DNA of 35,494 bases from Octopus bimaculoides. Lineage: Eukaryota. The stretch's first letter is position 1; each line of letters begins with the position of its first letter. Positions 22,930 to 35,376 of this stretch are shown one piece after another. The DNA lies in assembly GCF_001194135.2 (NCBI RefSeq), contig NC_068995.1:11211721-11247214 (forward strand). Direction: 5' to 3'. The notes beneath the pieces were generated by a model. It saw nothing but the letters and a program-made list of their open reading frames with translations. It made no database searches and was not told the DNA's origin. The translations under genes and the position numbers were made by a program.

Positions 22930-23238
22930 TGTGTGCGCGTGTGTGTATGCGCATGAGTTTGAATGTGTGTGTGTTCGGTATATGTGCGTGCGTGAGGACT
23001 GTGTGTATGTGTGTGGGTATGTGAGGACTGTGTATGTATGTGTATGTGTGTGTGTGTGTGAAGACTATTTGTGCGTGCGTGCGTTTGCATGCATATATAT
23101 GTTTGTGGACGTATAGGTATATATATATGTACACAAGCGTCTACAAAAATATAGAATATGCGTGAGTGTGCTTGTGTATGCGTGTGTGTGTATGTTTATG
23201 AGTGTGCGCATGATATATATATATATAGGTATATATAT

Positions 23239-23274
<36 letters not shown>

Positions 23275-23288
23275 GTATATATATATAT
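22930..23288. repeat. Degenerate (GT)n/(AT)n field
   Basis: Direct reading. Confidence 0.88.
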
Positions 23289-23346
23289 GCGGTGCTCCAG
23301 CAAGGCCGGTGTCAGATGACTGAAACAAATAAAAGAATAAAAAGAA
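23289..23346 (+). mobile_element. SINE family C extreme 3' tail
   Basis: GCGGTGCTCCAGCAAGGCC...ATGACTGAAACAAATAAAAGAATAAAA. Confidence 0.75.
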
Positions 23347-23591
23347 CGTATACATGTGTCCCAAAAGTCACTGATAGGATACAATTTTTAATAATGTCTT
23401 TAACTTTACAAATAAATAAATGCATGAAACTTTGATACAATATAAAGGACATAATGGAAATTAATATGCACAAGTTTTGCAGCACCACTACATCACATAT
23501 GAAAAATAACATTGCTTAAATGGCAGCCATTTTTGACTTCGTACGTTCGTGCTCTTTCCAAAATTTGCACCCTAACACCTTCAAGAGTTCT

Positions 23592-23871
23592 CGGGCAAAA
23601 TGCTTAGCGGTACAATTTATGTCTTTACGCTCCGAGTTCAAATTACGCCGAGGTCGACTTTTTGCCTTTTGTCCTTACGGGGTCGATAAATTAAGTACCA
23701 TTGAAACAATGCTTAGCGCTACTTCCTGTGTCTTCACGTTCTGAATTCAATTTCATCCGAAGTCATCTTTTCGGGGGTCGATAAATTAAGTATCAGTGAA
23801 ACACTGGGGTCAATGTAATCGACACATCCCCTTCCACCAAAATTGCTGCCCTTGTGGCAAAATTTGAAGCT

Positions 23872-23875
<4 letters not shown>
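23592..23875 (+). mobile_element. Two tandem SINE family B fragments (23592-23700, 23708-23875)
   Basis: AATGCTTAGCG and GGGGTCGATAAATTAAGTA each occur twice. Confidence 0.8.

Positions 23876-23963
<88 letters not shown>
23875..23963. repeat. (AAT)n directly followed by (ATT)n
   Basis: Direct reading. Confidence 0.95.
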
Positions 23964-23965
<2 letters not shown>

Positions 23966-24039
23966 CTTTACTCGACGACTGTAGATATTCAGAATTGTTA
24001 GAACGTCTGACGAAATGCCGTACAGTGTTTGCTCAAGGT

Positions 24040-24185
24040 TCTTTACGCTCTGGCTTCAAATTTCAACTTTGTATTTTGTACCCCCAGTTCCATAAACTAA
24101 CGTACCACAGAAGTCTTAATACTGATATAATCGATTAACTCGCTCCCTTTAAAACTGCTGGTCTTGTGCTTACGTCAGAAATCAT
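24040..24185 (+). mobile_element. Highly diverged SINE family B copy
   Basis: CTTTACGCTCTG..TTCAAATT, ..GTACCA, GATATAATCGATTAACTC and GGTCTTGTGC motifs in B order. Confidence 0.45.
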
Positions 24186-24923
24186 TATTTTAACTTGCTC
24201 ACATTTAACCCAAGTTAAGTTTCCAGTATAAAATGAAGTACGAGTACATTTTCTTATATAAACACGAAAGCTGTACGTTGCCCTTCAGAAATAAAGTTGA
24301 ACTCGTCAACTGTATGTTTGTGAAAAGCTTCTCTGAATCGGCTGTTTGACAATATATAGCACAACAAAACAGAGAAAAACTGCGTAGTTCTTTGCTAATT
24401 GTAGCCCCAAAATAAATAAGTTAATACAAATGAGTAAAATAATGAAATATAGTTAAACTCAAAACTAGGTCAGGTAACTTATGCTCAGTGTAAGAAGTGG
24501 TGTAGTATCTGTAAATCGGCTGGAGAAACAAGTTGAATTTTATTCTAAGAAATAAGTCTAAACTGTGTCTGTGTGACTGTAGGCTCCGCGTTTTCAAGGC
24601 TCGACGTAGCTTCAAATATCACGTAGTGTGTGACAAGAATCATTTGATTCGCAAGAAATCTGTTGCATGTCGTTGACTAATTGGACAACGTAGTTCTAAG
24701 TAGATCTACAATATTGATGAGATAGCTCTATATTGAAAATGTATTTCCTGAAGTACTTTGTCTCTGTCTGTCTGTGTGTCTGTACGTCTGTCTGTCTCTC
24801 TCTCTCACACACACGACTGAAAATGAAGTATAACAAATAAGTTATAGAGCATTGAAAGAACGTGTGACTGAGCTAGGCCGTTCTAATGTTGCGGGAACTA
24901 ACAAGTGTAAGATGTTTACGTAC

Positions 24924-25068
24924 TTAAACCCTTCACTCTCTATGACGCAAAAGCCGTCGACGACTTTTCTCAACTGCCCTACATTATGGTCTTTTCTGCT
25001 TATCTGCAATTCGATCTTTGCTTTCTCAGCCCTAATTTTGCTGCACTGCGTCAAATGTTTCTCTAGGA
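24924..25068 (-). CDS. Candidate exon, coiled-coil-like (LEKHLTQCSKIRAEKAKIELQISRKDHNVGQLRKVVDGFCVIESEGF), phase 1 to 2
   Basis: TTGTGGTTTTACGTTCAG acceptor, AA|GTACGT donor, lies within the 123-aa minus ORF. Confidence 0.3.
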
Positions 25069-25197
25069 CTGAACGTAAAACCACAAGGTTGTAAAGAACA
25101 ATTCTTAATATTTTCAGTTGTGTGAAATTTATTTCTTTATAACTGAATAAGGTCCCTACTTTATCACCCAAGTTTTTGTAATTCCCCTTTTTTCTAG

Positions 25198-25351
25198 GTA
25201 GGGATGTTCCCACCCACGCCGATTGATTTTCACAGATTAAAATTAAATGTACATTGCAATGGTTTGAAAAAATATTTTACTCCCGAAGGAAGAGTCCATT
25301 GTGACTCTCTTTGGCGAGACCACAGCTTACATTTAGACAACTGGTCTTCAG
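25198..25351 (+). CDS. Candidate exon (VGMFPPTPIDFHRLKLNVHCNGLKKYFTPEGRVHCDSLWRDHSLHLDNWSS), phase 0 to 1
   Basis: Strong acceptor TTCCCCTTTTTTCTAG, strong donor CAG|GTAGGC, only one frame open. Confidence 0.35.
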
Positions 25352-25411
25352 GTAGGCAGATAATCATGATCTTGATGTCGAACACTCCATTGTGTGTAAC
25401 TAATTCAAGCT
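25331..25411 (-). CDS. Candidate exon (ELELVTHNGVFDIKIMIICLPEDQLSK), phase 1 to 1
   Basis: CTCATTCCCTTGTCGTCCAG acceptor, AT|GTAAGC donor; would splice in frame to 25068-24924; overlaps a competing plus-strand candidate by 21 bp. Confidence 0.25.
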
Positions 25412-25647
25412 CTGGACGACAAGGGAATGAGATGTTCTGGCGCCGCCTATCTGACGTCGCTGTTTCGACGCTCACTTATTTGACATTAAACATTCCAATA
25501 TTTATCTCGTTCTCTCTCTCTCTCTACCTCTCCACTGTTTATGTGAGCGAGCACCTAAGTATATTTGCATATACGTGTAGTGTCTCTCTTTCCTTTCCTC
25601 GCTTACTTTCGCTATATATATGCTTCTACTTTTGCGGGTGCGGTGTA

Positions 25648-25757
<110 letters not shown>

Positions 25758-26026
25758 TTTCCCTGAGTAAAATGTCGCCGAAACAAGTTGAATGAGGCCC
25801 AGTCAACCGTGCCAAAACATAACCGTCTAAAACGCTGCGACCAATTATCTTATTCCGTTGGACAAATCACATATTATATTCTCATATATCCAAGTAATTT
25901 CTCCTAGAATATCAGGCGACTTCTATGTGCCGTTAACTCTAGCAGACTAGCATTGGAATTTATTTAAAGAATTTAATATGCGAGATATAATGTTTTATTG
26001 CATTACAAATGGTTGGAAGCCTGTAG

Positions 26027-26224
26027 AGACATCCGAACTGAAAAGTGGATGGCGTATATTATACCCTGGTTTAACGTCTAAGACTGTACCCGGTGAAAGC
26101 ACTTCAGCAGACTTTATAGAATTTAGGGTGTCAGAAGGAAAGCAGATTACACATGAATTGCTTTCTTACGTTCCAAATAATCCTTCTTCCATGGACCCGG
26201 CATTAAAAAAGGATCAACCCAATG
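26027..26224 (+). CDS. Candidate exon (ETSELKSGWRILYPGLTSKTVPGESTSADFIEFRVSEGKQITHELLSYVPNNPSSMDPALKKDQPN), phase 1 to 1
   Basis: 82 non-repetitive stop-free codons from 25978; CTGTAG acceptor (weak pyrimidine tract; start uncertain), AATG|GTATAC donor. Confidence 0.35.
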
Positions 26225-26901
26225 GTATACACATATATACAAACTTATATACATACATACATACATACAAAGATACACACGCATACACGTATGCTCACAT
26301 ATAGATAAGTAGATGAATGCTTCCATACATACATATTTATATATATATAAATGCATACATACATACATACATACATACATGCATACATACATACACACAC
26401 ATACAGCCCCCCCCCCCATATATATATANNNNNNNNNNNNNNNNNNNNNNNNNNNNNNNNNNNNNNNNNNNNNNNNNNNNNNNNNNNNNNNNNNNNNNNN
26501 NNNNNNNNNNNNNNNNNNNNNNNNNNNNNNNNNNNNNNNNNNNNNNNNNNNNNNNNNNNNNNNNNNNNNNNNNNNNNNNNNNNNNNNNNNNNNNNNNNNN
26601 NNNNNNNNNNNNNNNNNNNNNNNNNNNNNNNNNNNNNNNNNNNNNNNNNNNNNNNNNNNNNNNNNNNNNNNNNNNNNNNNNNNNNNNNNNNNNNNNNNNN
26701 NNNNNNNNNNNNNNNNNNNNNNNNNNNNNNNNNNNNNNNNNNNNNNNNNNNNNNNNNNNNNNNNNNNNNNNNNNNNNNNNNNNNNNNNNNNNNNNNNNNN
26801 NNNNNNNNNNNNNNNNNNNNNNNNNNNNNNNNNNNNNNNNNNNNNNNNNNNNNNNNNNNNNNNNNNNNNNNNNNNTATATATATATAGATAGATAGATAT
26901 A

Positions 26902-27280
26902 GGCAGGAGTGGCTGTGTGGTAAGTAGCTTGCTTACGAAGCCTATGGTTCCGGGTTCAGTCCAACTGCGTGGCACCTTGGATTGTCTTCTACTATATATA
27001 GCCTCGAGCCGACCAAACCGACGGAATCTGAAAGATATATGTATATATATGTATGTATATTTGTGTGTCCGTATTTGTCCCCCACCACCATCGCTTGGCA
27101 ACCGATGCCGGTGTGTTTACGTCCCCGTAACTTAGCGGTTCAGCAAAAAAGAGCCCGATAGAATGAATAATAGGCCTACAAAGAATAAGTACTAGTCCTG
27201 GTGTAGATTTGCTCGACTAAAGGTGGATCCCCAGCGTGGCCGCAGTCAAATGACTCAAATAAGTAAAAGAATAAAAGAAT
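26902..27280 (+). mobile_element. SINE family C, full length
   Basis: A-box TGGCTGTGTGG, B-box GGGTTCAGTCC, CORE-like GGCACCTTGG, central TA/TG tract, tail ending AAGTAAAAGAATAAAAGAA; both flanks are AT-type microsatellite. Confidence 0.92.
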
Positions 27281-27413
27281 ATATATATATACACACTTAG
27301 CTGAAATAGGGCCACTGAATGTCGGTCCTCAAGTTAAAATGAAAATGAAATAGTCATACCATGGAATATGAAAGGCATCAACCATTAGATATGCATCTCT
27401 GAGCGTGTAACCG

Positions 27414-27438
27414 CTACTCACCACACAGCCACGGCTGC
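27414..27438 (-). mobile_element. SINE family C head remnant
   Basis: Reverse complement GCAGCCGTGGCTGTGTGGTGAGTAG. Confidence 0.55.
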
Positions 27439-27578
27439 ATATACACATACGTTTCTATACATATACATACATGCATTACATATGAAAATACATGCATACA
27501 TACCTACGTACATACATACATACATACATACATACATTTCTTTCCCCTTTTGTTATCTCCCCTTTTTCTTAGCTCTCC

Positions 27579-27802
27579 TGTGTGAAATTTCTGTCCGGCA
27601 GTCGCCATGATAGATCGCTGACCACGACATTCAAATTTTTTTTCTTGTTTTTCTCCTTGTTTTTCTCCTTATTTCTCTCTGTTAAAGAGCGTAGCTCGAA
27701 ACGTTAAAGACTCTCTCTATTCCCGAGCGTTAAACTAATACATCCTTTTGTTGTTTACACCACCTGTCCTCGTCTGTTGTTGTTTTTTTCGTAAATTCTC
27801 CC
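27579..27802. repeat. Probable interspersed repeat fragment of a non-SINE family
   Basis: Recognised only from memory of Octopus repeats (GCTCGAAACGTTAAAGAC...GAGCGTTAAACTAATACATCC); single copy in this window. Confidence 0.35.
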
Positions 27803-28315
27803 ATATATATATATATATATATATATANNNNNNNNNNNNNNNNNNNNNNNNNNNNNNNNNNNNNNNNNNNNNNNNNNNNNNNNNNNNNNNNNNNNNNNNN
27901 NNNNNNNNNNNNNNNNNNNNNNNNNNNNNNNNNNNNNNNNNNNNNNNNNNNNNNNNNNNNNNNNNNNNNNNNNNNNNNNNNNNNNNNNNNNNNNNNNNNN
28001 NNNNNNNNNNNNNNNNNNNNNNNNNNNNNNNNNNNNNNNNNNNNNNNNNNNNNNNNNNNNNNNNNNNNNNNNNNNNNNNNNNNNNNNNNNNNNNNNNNNN
28101 NNNNNNNNNNNNNNNNNNNNNNNNNNNNNNNNNNNNNNNNNNNNNNNNNNNNNNNNNNNNNNNNNNNNNNNNNNNNNNNNNNNNNNNNNNNNNNNNNNNN
28201 NNNNNNNNNNNNNNNNNNNNNNNNNNNNNNNNNNNNNNNNNNNNNNNNNNNNNNNNNNNNNNNNNNNNNNNNNNNNNNNNNNNNNNNNNNNNNNNNNNNN
28301 NNNNNNNNNNNNNNN

Positions 28316-28371
<56 letters not shown>
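28316..28371. repeat. (CA)n
   Basis: Direct reading. Confidence 0.95.
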
Positions 28372-28374
<3 letters not shown>

Positions 28375-28559
28375 ATAAATATACCACCACCACTCTACGA
28401 ATAGCTTAATACCACACAATATTATTTAGCTGAAGATATAAAGATATCAGATTTCTAATTACATATGATAATTCTTTCCAAGGGCAAATCTTAGTCACAT
28501 TTTTGATTATATGTTAAAACTGACATTTACCCACAATTCCTTGCCTTGCTTTCCCTTAG

Positions 28560-28586
28560 AATTTCCTAATGACTCTGTAATTAGTG
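28560..28586 (+). CDS. Candidate micro-exon (EFPNDSVIS), phase 1 start
   Basis: Very strong acceptor TTCCTTGCCTTGCTTTCCCTTAG; weak donor G|GTTTGT. Confidence 0.15.
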
Positions 28587-28795
28587 GTTTGTTTTCTGTT
28601 TCCCAATATTTGTATTTATATATATGTTCATTCGTTCACTCGGTTCTGTTCTTTAGAATTTTGCCAATGTTTTCTGAAGATTTACCTATTCTTTGAGTCA
28701 AGGTCATTTTTTTTTGTTCAGGATTTTTGTATTATAAGGGCTTTCATACGTTGTTTATATATATGTTGATGAAGAGAGATCTTTTGAAACGTGTT

Positions 28796-29428
<633 letters not shown>

Positions 29429-29939
29429 CAACATCCATCATACACCAATACACCTAAGCATGGATGAATTGGCATTTTACCTCGTTACAGAAGGTTAAAT
29501 TGCAATGTTTTACGATGTAAATTACCTGAATGTTCTGACAATAACACGATCAGTAAAATTCAACTGCACATGTAAATTGTATGATGGCCAAAAGCTAAAT
29601 CTGAAAATAACAAAAATGAATAGAGGAGACAACACAAATTATAGCTTAAATAGCAATATTGAAAATAGTAATTTTTTTCATCATATTTTTGAATTAGATT
29701 TTTCAAATTGTCATTAATTTTCACGTTATTTTAAATAGAAAATAATCAGAATTCCTTACGAAGCGTTCAAATTCGTCTCATTATTGTTGTTATTACTTTC
29801 ATTATTTTTATCATTATTTTTTTCATTGTTTTATTTTCGGTGAATTCTTTTTAATGTCTTATTCGAGTTTTTTTTCAATTTTTGTTTCTTTTCGCATAGT
29901 CTGTGTTTGAGCGCGTGTTTTTTAAATTGTCTTTTACAT

Positions 29940-29973
<34 letters not shown>

Positions 29974-30438
29974 GTGTGGTGGGGTGCATATGTATTTTTC
30001 TAAGAATATATATGTATATATATGTATTGTTTTTATTTAGTAATATATTTAACGTGTCTGAAGATCGAGACTAATTTACAATTTATTTTGTATTCTTCTG
30101 TTTTATTGTTCCACCAAAAATATTCCGACAAACCTGTTTTGCTACATACGAAATTCTTTACCGATTTCAAACTAAGAAAATGAAGTTAGTTCTGAGATTA
30201 AATGGAAAATAAATAAATAAATAAATATAGTAAATAAAGACAATACCAAAAAAAAGTTGTAAACAAAAGAAAAATAAATAACAATTATTTGTTTTTGGAT
30301 TTTTATTTATTTATTATACTACTTTCGACATTGTATTCTGGAAATGCAACATACGAAAATTGCACACTCAGACACACACACACGAGCATACATACATACG
30401 CACATACACACACACGAGCATGCATGCATACTGACACA

Positions 30439-30473
<35 letters not shown>

Positions 30474-31176
30474 NNNNNNNNNNNNNNNNNNNNNNNNNNN
30501 NNNNNNNNNNNNNNNNNNNNNNNNNNNNNNNNNNNNNNNNNNNNNNNNNNNNNNNNNNNNNNNNNNNNNNNNNNNNNNNNNNNNNNNNNNNNNNNNNNNN
30601 NNNNNNNNNNNNNNNNNNNNNNNNNNNNNNNNNNNNNNNNNNNNNNNNNNNNNNNNNNNNNNNNNNNNNNNNNNNNNNNNNNNNNNNNNNNNNNNNNNNN
30701 NNNNNNNNNNNNNNNNNNNNNNNNNNNNNNNNNNNNNNNNNNNNNNNNNNNNNNNNNNNNNNNNNNNNNNNNNNNNNNNNNNNNNNNNNNNNNNNNNNNN
30801 NNNNNNNNNNNNNNNNNNNNNNNNNNNNNNNNNNNNNNNNNNNNNNNNNNNNNNNNNNNNNNNNNNNNNNNNNNNNNNNNNNNNNNNNNNNNNNNNNNNN
30901 NNNNNNNNNNNNNNNNNNNNNNNNNNNNNNNNNNNNNNNNNNNNNNNNNNNNNNNNNNNNNNNNNNNNNNNNNNNNNNNNNNNNNNNNNNNNNNNNNNNN
31001 NNNNNNNNNNNNNNNNNNNNNNNNNNNNNNNNNNNNNNNNNNNNNNNNNNNNNNNNNNNNNNNNNNNNNNNNNNNNNNNNNNNNNNNNNNNNNNNNNNNN
31101 NNNNNNNNNNNNNNNNNNNNNNNNNNNNNNNNNNNNNNNNNNNNNNNNNNNNNNNNNNNNNNNNNNNNNNNNNNNN

Positions 31177-31354
31177 GATGATGATGTGTTTACGTCCCCG
31201 TAACTTAGCGGTTCGGCAAAAGACACCGATAGAAAAAGTATCACTACTTAAATTTAAAGAAGGTACTGGGGTTGATTCATTCGACTAAAATTTTTCAGGG
31301 CGGTGCTCCAGCATGGCTGCAGTCTAATGACTGAAACAAGTAAAAGATAAAAGC
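31177..31354 (+). mobile_element. SINE family C, 3' half
   Basis: GTGTTTACGTCCCCGTAACTTAGCGGTTCGGCAAAAGA...GGCGGTGCTCCAGCATGGC...GACTGAAACAAGTAAAAGA. Confidence 0.9.
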
Positions 31355-31499
31355 AATGTATATACACACAATTTCGTTGTCTCTCTGCCAAACAAATATA
31401 CACGCATGCGTACACTCTCACACATTTTCATGGTTACATTTGCACCTTAACCTACACACGAATATGCACACGTACACGTACTTACTAAGACACACACTT

Positions 31500-31530
<31 letters not shown>

Positions 31531-31879
31531 CTCACGTACATAGATACAATCATTCATCCCTTTGTATCAACCAAATACACACACACATACACACAAACAC
31601 AGGCACACACCCACACATACACACATCCAAACTCACACACAGACATACGTATGGACGTCAGTGCCCGCTCTTGTCAATCTACTTACAGATTTTTGCAAGC
31701 AACGGATCAAAACACACCCATGTCACGCTCACACAACCCGTTTCTGCCAAATAAACACACGGGTGCACACTCCTACAAAACACACACACACACACACACA
31801 CATACATACTGACTTGTGTGTGCGTGTGCATATGTATGCGGTTGAAAGAAACAGCTAGCTAGACAGAAATATATATATA

Positions 31880-31887
31880 TATATAAG

Positions 31888-31934
<47 letters not shown>
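31880..31934. repeat. (GAAA)n/(GA)n
   Basis: Direct reading. Confidence 0.95.
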
Positions 31935-33514
31935 NNNNNNNNNNNNNNNNNNNNNNNNNNNNNNNNNNNNNNNNNNNNNNNNNNNNNNNNNNNNNNNNNN
32001 NNNNNNNNNNNNNNNNNNNNNNNNNNNNNNNNNNNNNNNNNNNNNNNNNNNNNNNNNNNNNNNNNNNNNNNNNNNNNNNNNNNNNNNNNNNNNNNNNNNN
32101 NNNNNNNNNNNNNNNNNNNNNNNNNNNNNNNNNNNNNNNNNNNNNNNNNNNNNNNNNNNNNNNNNNNNNNNNNNNNNNNNNNNNNNNNNNNNNNNNNNNN
32201 NNNNNNNNNNNNNNNNNNNNNNNNNNNNNNNNNNNNNNNNNNNNNNNNNNNNNNNNNNNNNNNNNNNNNNNNNNNNNNNNNNNNNNNNNNNNNNNNNNNN
32301 NNNNNNNNNNNNNNNNNNNNNNNNNNNNNNNNNNNNNNNNNNNNNNNNNNNNNNNNNNNNNNNNNNNNNNNNNNNNNNNNNNNNNNNNNNNNNNNNNNNN
32401 NNNNNNNNNNNNNNNNNNNNNNNNNNNNNNNNNNNNNNNNNNNNNNNNNNNNNNNNNNNNNNNNNNNNNNNNNNNNNNNNNNNNNNNNNNNNNNNNNNNN
32501 NNNNNNNNNNNNNNNNNNNNNNNNNNNNNNNNNNNNNNNNNNNNNNNNNNNNNNNNNNNNNNNNNNNNNNNNNNNNNNNNNNNNNNNNNNNNNNNNNNNN
32601 NNNNNNNNNNNNNNNNNNNNNNNNNNNNNNNNNNNNNNNNNNNNNNNNNNNNNNNNNNNNNNNNNNNNNNNNNNNNNNNNNNNNNNNNNNNNNNNNNNNN
32701 NNNNNNNNNNNNNNNNNNNNNNNGTGCGTGAAGTATATGTGTATGTTTGTGTGTATTTCGTGTATATTTTTTGGTATTTTTCTCATTTCAGCTCCACCCC
32801 GCAAAACCCTGCGACTTTTCACGTGCTAAGTGGAATATCTATATGTGCGCATGTGTTTATGTGTGTGCGCGCGCGTATGTGTGTGTGTGTGTGTGTGTGA
32901 CAATATATTTATGTATATATATATATATATATATTGCAATATATTTATATATGTATGTGTATATATATGTTTGTATCCTTGTATGTATGTACATATGTAT
33001 GTATGTATGTATGTATATTTGTATGTAGGTAGGTAGGTATATAGTTAAATAAAGAGATGAGCGATAAATGAAATTGTTTGCGCTCAAATTTAATGTAATA
33101 GAATGAGACGGTATGGAAAAGAAGACATGAAACTCTTGTCAGGTTTCAAGAATAAAATGAGGGTATTCCGAAGACTTAATCCTATGGTACTACTATTCTG
33201 GATGCACCTGTAATAGGAAGACCATCACTGAGGTAGTTGTCGTTATAGAGAATGAAAGAAGATGACTTAGAATATGGAAGACAGCAATATACAAATGAGA
33301 GAGAAAATTGGATCTTTTCCATTTCAAGCACAGATTTTTTAATTAATTTTTTAAAACTAAACACTTTGAAACTTCGGATACTGGTTGAATGTGTCACGTA
33401 GAACGGGGCTTACTGTTAAGGTTTTTGACAAAAGTTTGTATTTTAAAAGTTATTTCGTTTTAATTTTAACCAATCATTGGGTTGGCTTCATTGCATATAT
33501 GTATGTTCTCCACT

Positions 33515-33567
33515 GGCGGTGACCCAGCATGGCCAGATCCTCAAGGCTGAAGCATAAAAGAGTAAAT
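33515..33567 (+). mobile_element. SINE tail-like fragment related to family C
   Basis: GGCGGTGACCCAGCATGGCC...AAAAGAGTAAA. Confidence 0.5.
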
Positions 33568-33770
33568 CTATCCGTCCCTCCGACCGTGCGTCTGTCGTCC
33601 ATCCATCTACTGAAGCTGACACTTCATTTTCCGTATCTCAGTTTCACGCCACCAACTTTCAGGCGTAATGTGTTGTATCAGCTGAAGAAACTTATAATAC
33701 TCTAACTTTAGTTTTGAGTTCTTTTTTCTTCTCGTTTACATTTACGAGTTATTAAACATACAAAAGCAGA

Positions 33771-33830
33771 CGCGCACGCACGCCCACGCACGCGCACGCA
33801 CGCCCACGCACGCCCACGCACGCCCACGCA
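33771..33830. repeat. 10-bp minisatellite CGC(G/C)CACGCA x6
   Basis: Six contiguous units read directly. Confidence 0.95.
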
Positions 33831-34382
33831 CACATTTTTAGTATATCTAAACGTGCGATTGGGGTATCGACAACCGAATAAAGGACTTTATTCTTTTGAA
33901 GTTTCATGTTTATTAAATTTATAAAGAACTCTATCTTACTTGCCGCAGACATGTTTTTGTTATTTTATAGCTCTTCAGAAATAAAGAAAAGAATTTCGTA
34001 TCATGGTTTTTTTTATATCTAAAACAAAAAGATATCGTTAAAACAAATAGATGTTACAAAATGAAACAATTGTGCGCGGGAAGGAAAAAAATGAACTGTA
34101 GAAATTAAAGCTGAAGGAAAAAGAAAGAGCGAGAACAAGGGAGAGTACTAATGAATTTTAAAGGAAAAAAATGGAAGCTGAAGAAGATATAATGTTATGC
34201 TTAAGAATATATTTTGAAAGAATTGTTAAATTTGTTTATAAATTTAGCCGATCGACCAATGGAATTGTTACAACAAACAAAACGGTTTCGATCTCTGATT
34301 AGTCAAAACGTAGATGATGGTTCTTAATGAAAATTATTCTATGATAAAATTGTAAGGTTTCTCATAATCAATGATGATAACA

Positions 34383-34385
34383 ATG

Positions 34386-34455
<70 letters not shown>

Positions 34456-34526
34456 TAATAATATACTACTACTATTATTATTATTATGAAAATTAATAGT
34501 CGTTGTTATTATCATTAATATTGTTG

Positions 34527-34619
<93 letters not shown>

Positions 34620-34693
34620 GCAACAACAATATTAATGATAATAACAACGACTATTAATTTTCATAATAATAATAAGAGTAGTAGTAGTAAATG

Positions 34694-34769
<76 letters not shown>

Positions 34770-34778
34770 CAACAACAG

Positions 34779-34815
<37 letters not shown>

Positions 34816-34864
34816 NNNNNNNNNNTAATAATAATAATAATAATAATAATAACAACAACAACAG

Positions 34865-34900
<36 letters not shown>
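34383..34900. repeat. Compound (AAT)n/(ATT)n/(CAA)n/(AT)n array containing a long inverted repeat at 34464-34689
   Basis: Direct reading; 34475-34529 is the exact reverse complement of 34621-34675. Confidence 0.95.
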
Positions 34901-34901
<1 letters not shown>

Positions 34902-35113
34902 CAATAATGATTTGTAACGAAAGCGGAATCATTGATGTATACAATACTTGCCGAGTTAAATACAAACTAAGTTTGCTAGCTTAGGAGTACGTTAAGTCAA
35001 TTTAGATCCGAATTAAATTAATATTAAGTTAATTGAAATCTAGATTAAATTAATTCTAAAGGACGGTTGAAATTTGGGATAACTGTAGCTAAATCAGCGA
35101 TTCTGATTATCCA

Positions 35114-35185
35114 ATGAATAAGTTAGAAAAAGTGGAAATTATAGCCATTGTTGAGTGCCTTCATAAAGGAGGTTTGTATAATTAA
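35114..35185 (+). mobile_element. Possible decayed mariner transposase N-terminus (MNKLEKVEIIAIVECLHKGGL)
   Basis: Loose resemblance to the mariner start pattern EK.E..A....L...GL; early stop; no TIR identified. Confidence 0.25.
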
Positions 35186-35376
35186 AATAATCAAAAATAT
35201 GTACGCCATGAAAGACAATTTTTAAATATATGCGGACGAAAAATGATTTTTACTTAAAAATATATATGATATAATATAGATCAATACAAAACAATTTAAG
35301 TTTGTGTAAATATAATTCCTATAAGCAAACAAATGGGTACAAGGTACACGGCAAAACAATATATAGATATACCCGT

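Noticed and set aside
34745-34905. Direct duplication of (AAT)n-ACAACAACAACAGCAATA-(AT)n
   Set aside because: The copies sit on either side of a 10-N gap; most likely an unmerged contig overlap
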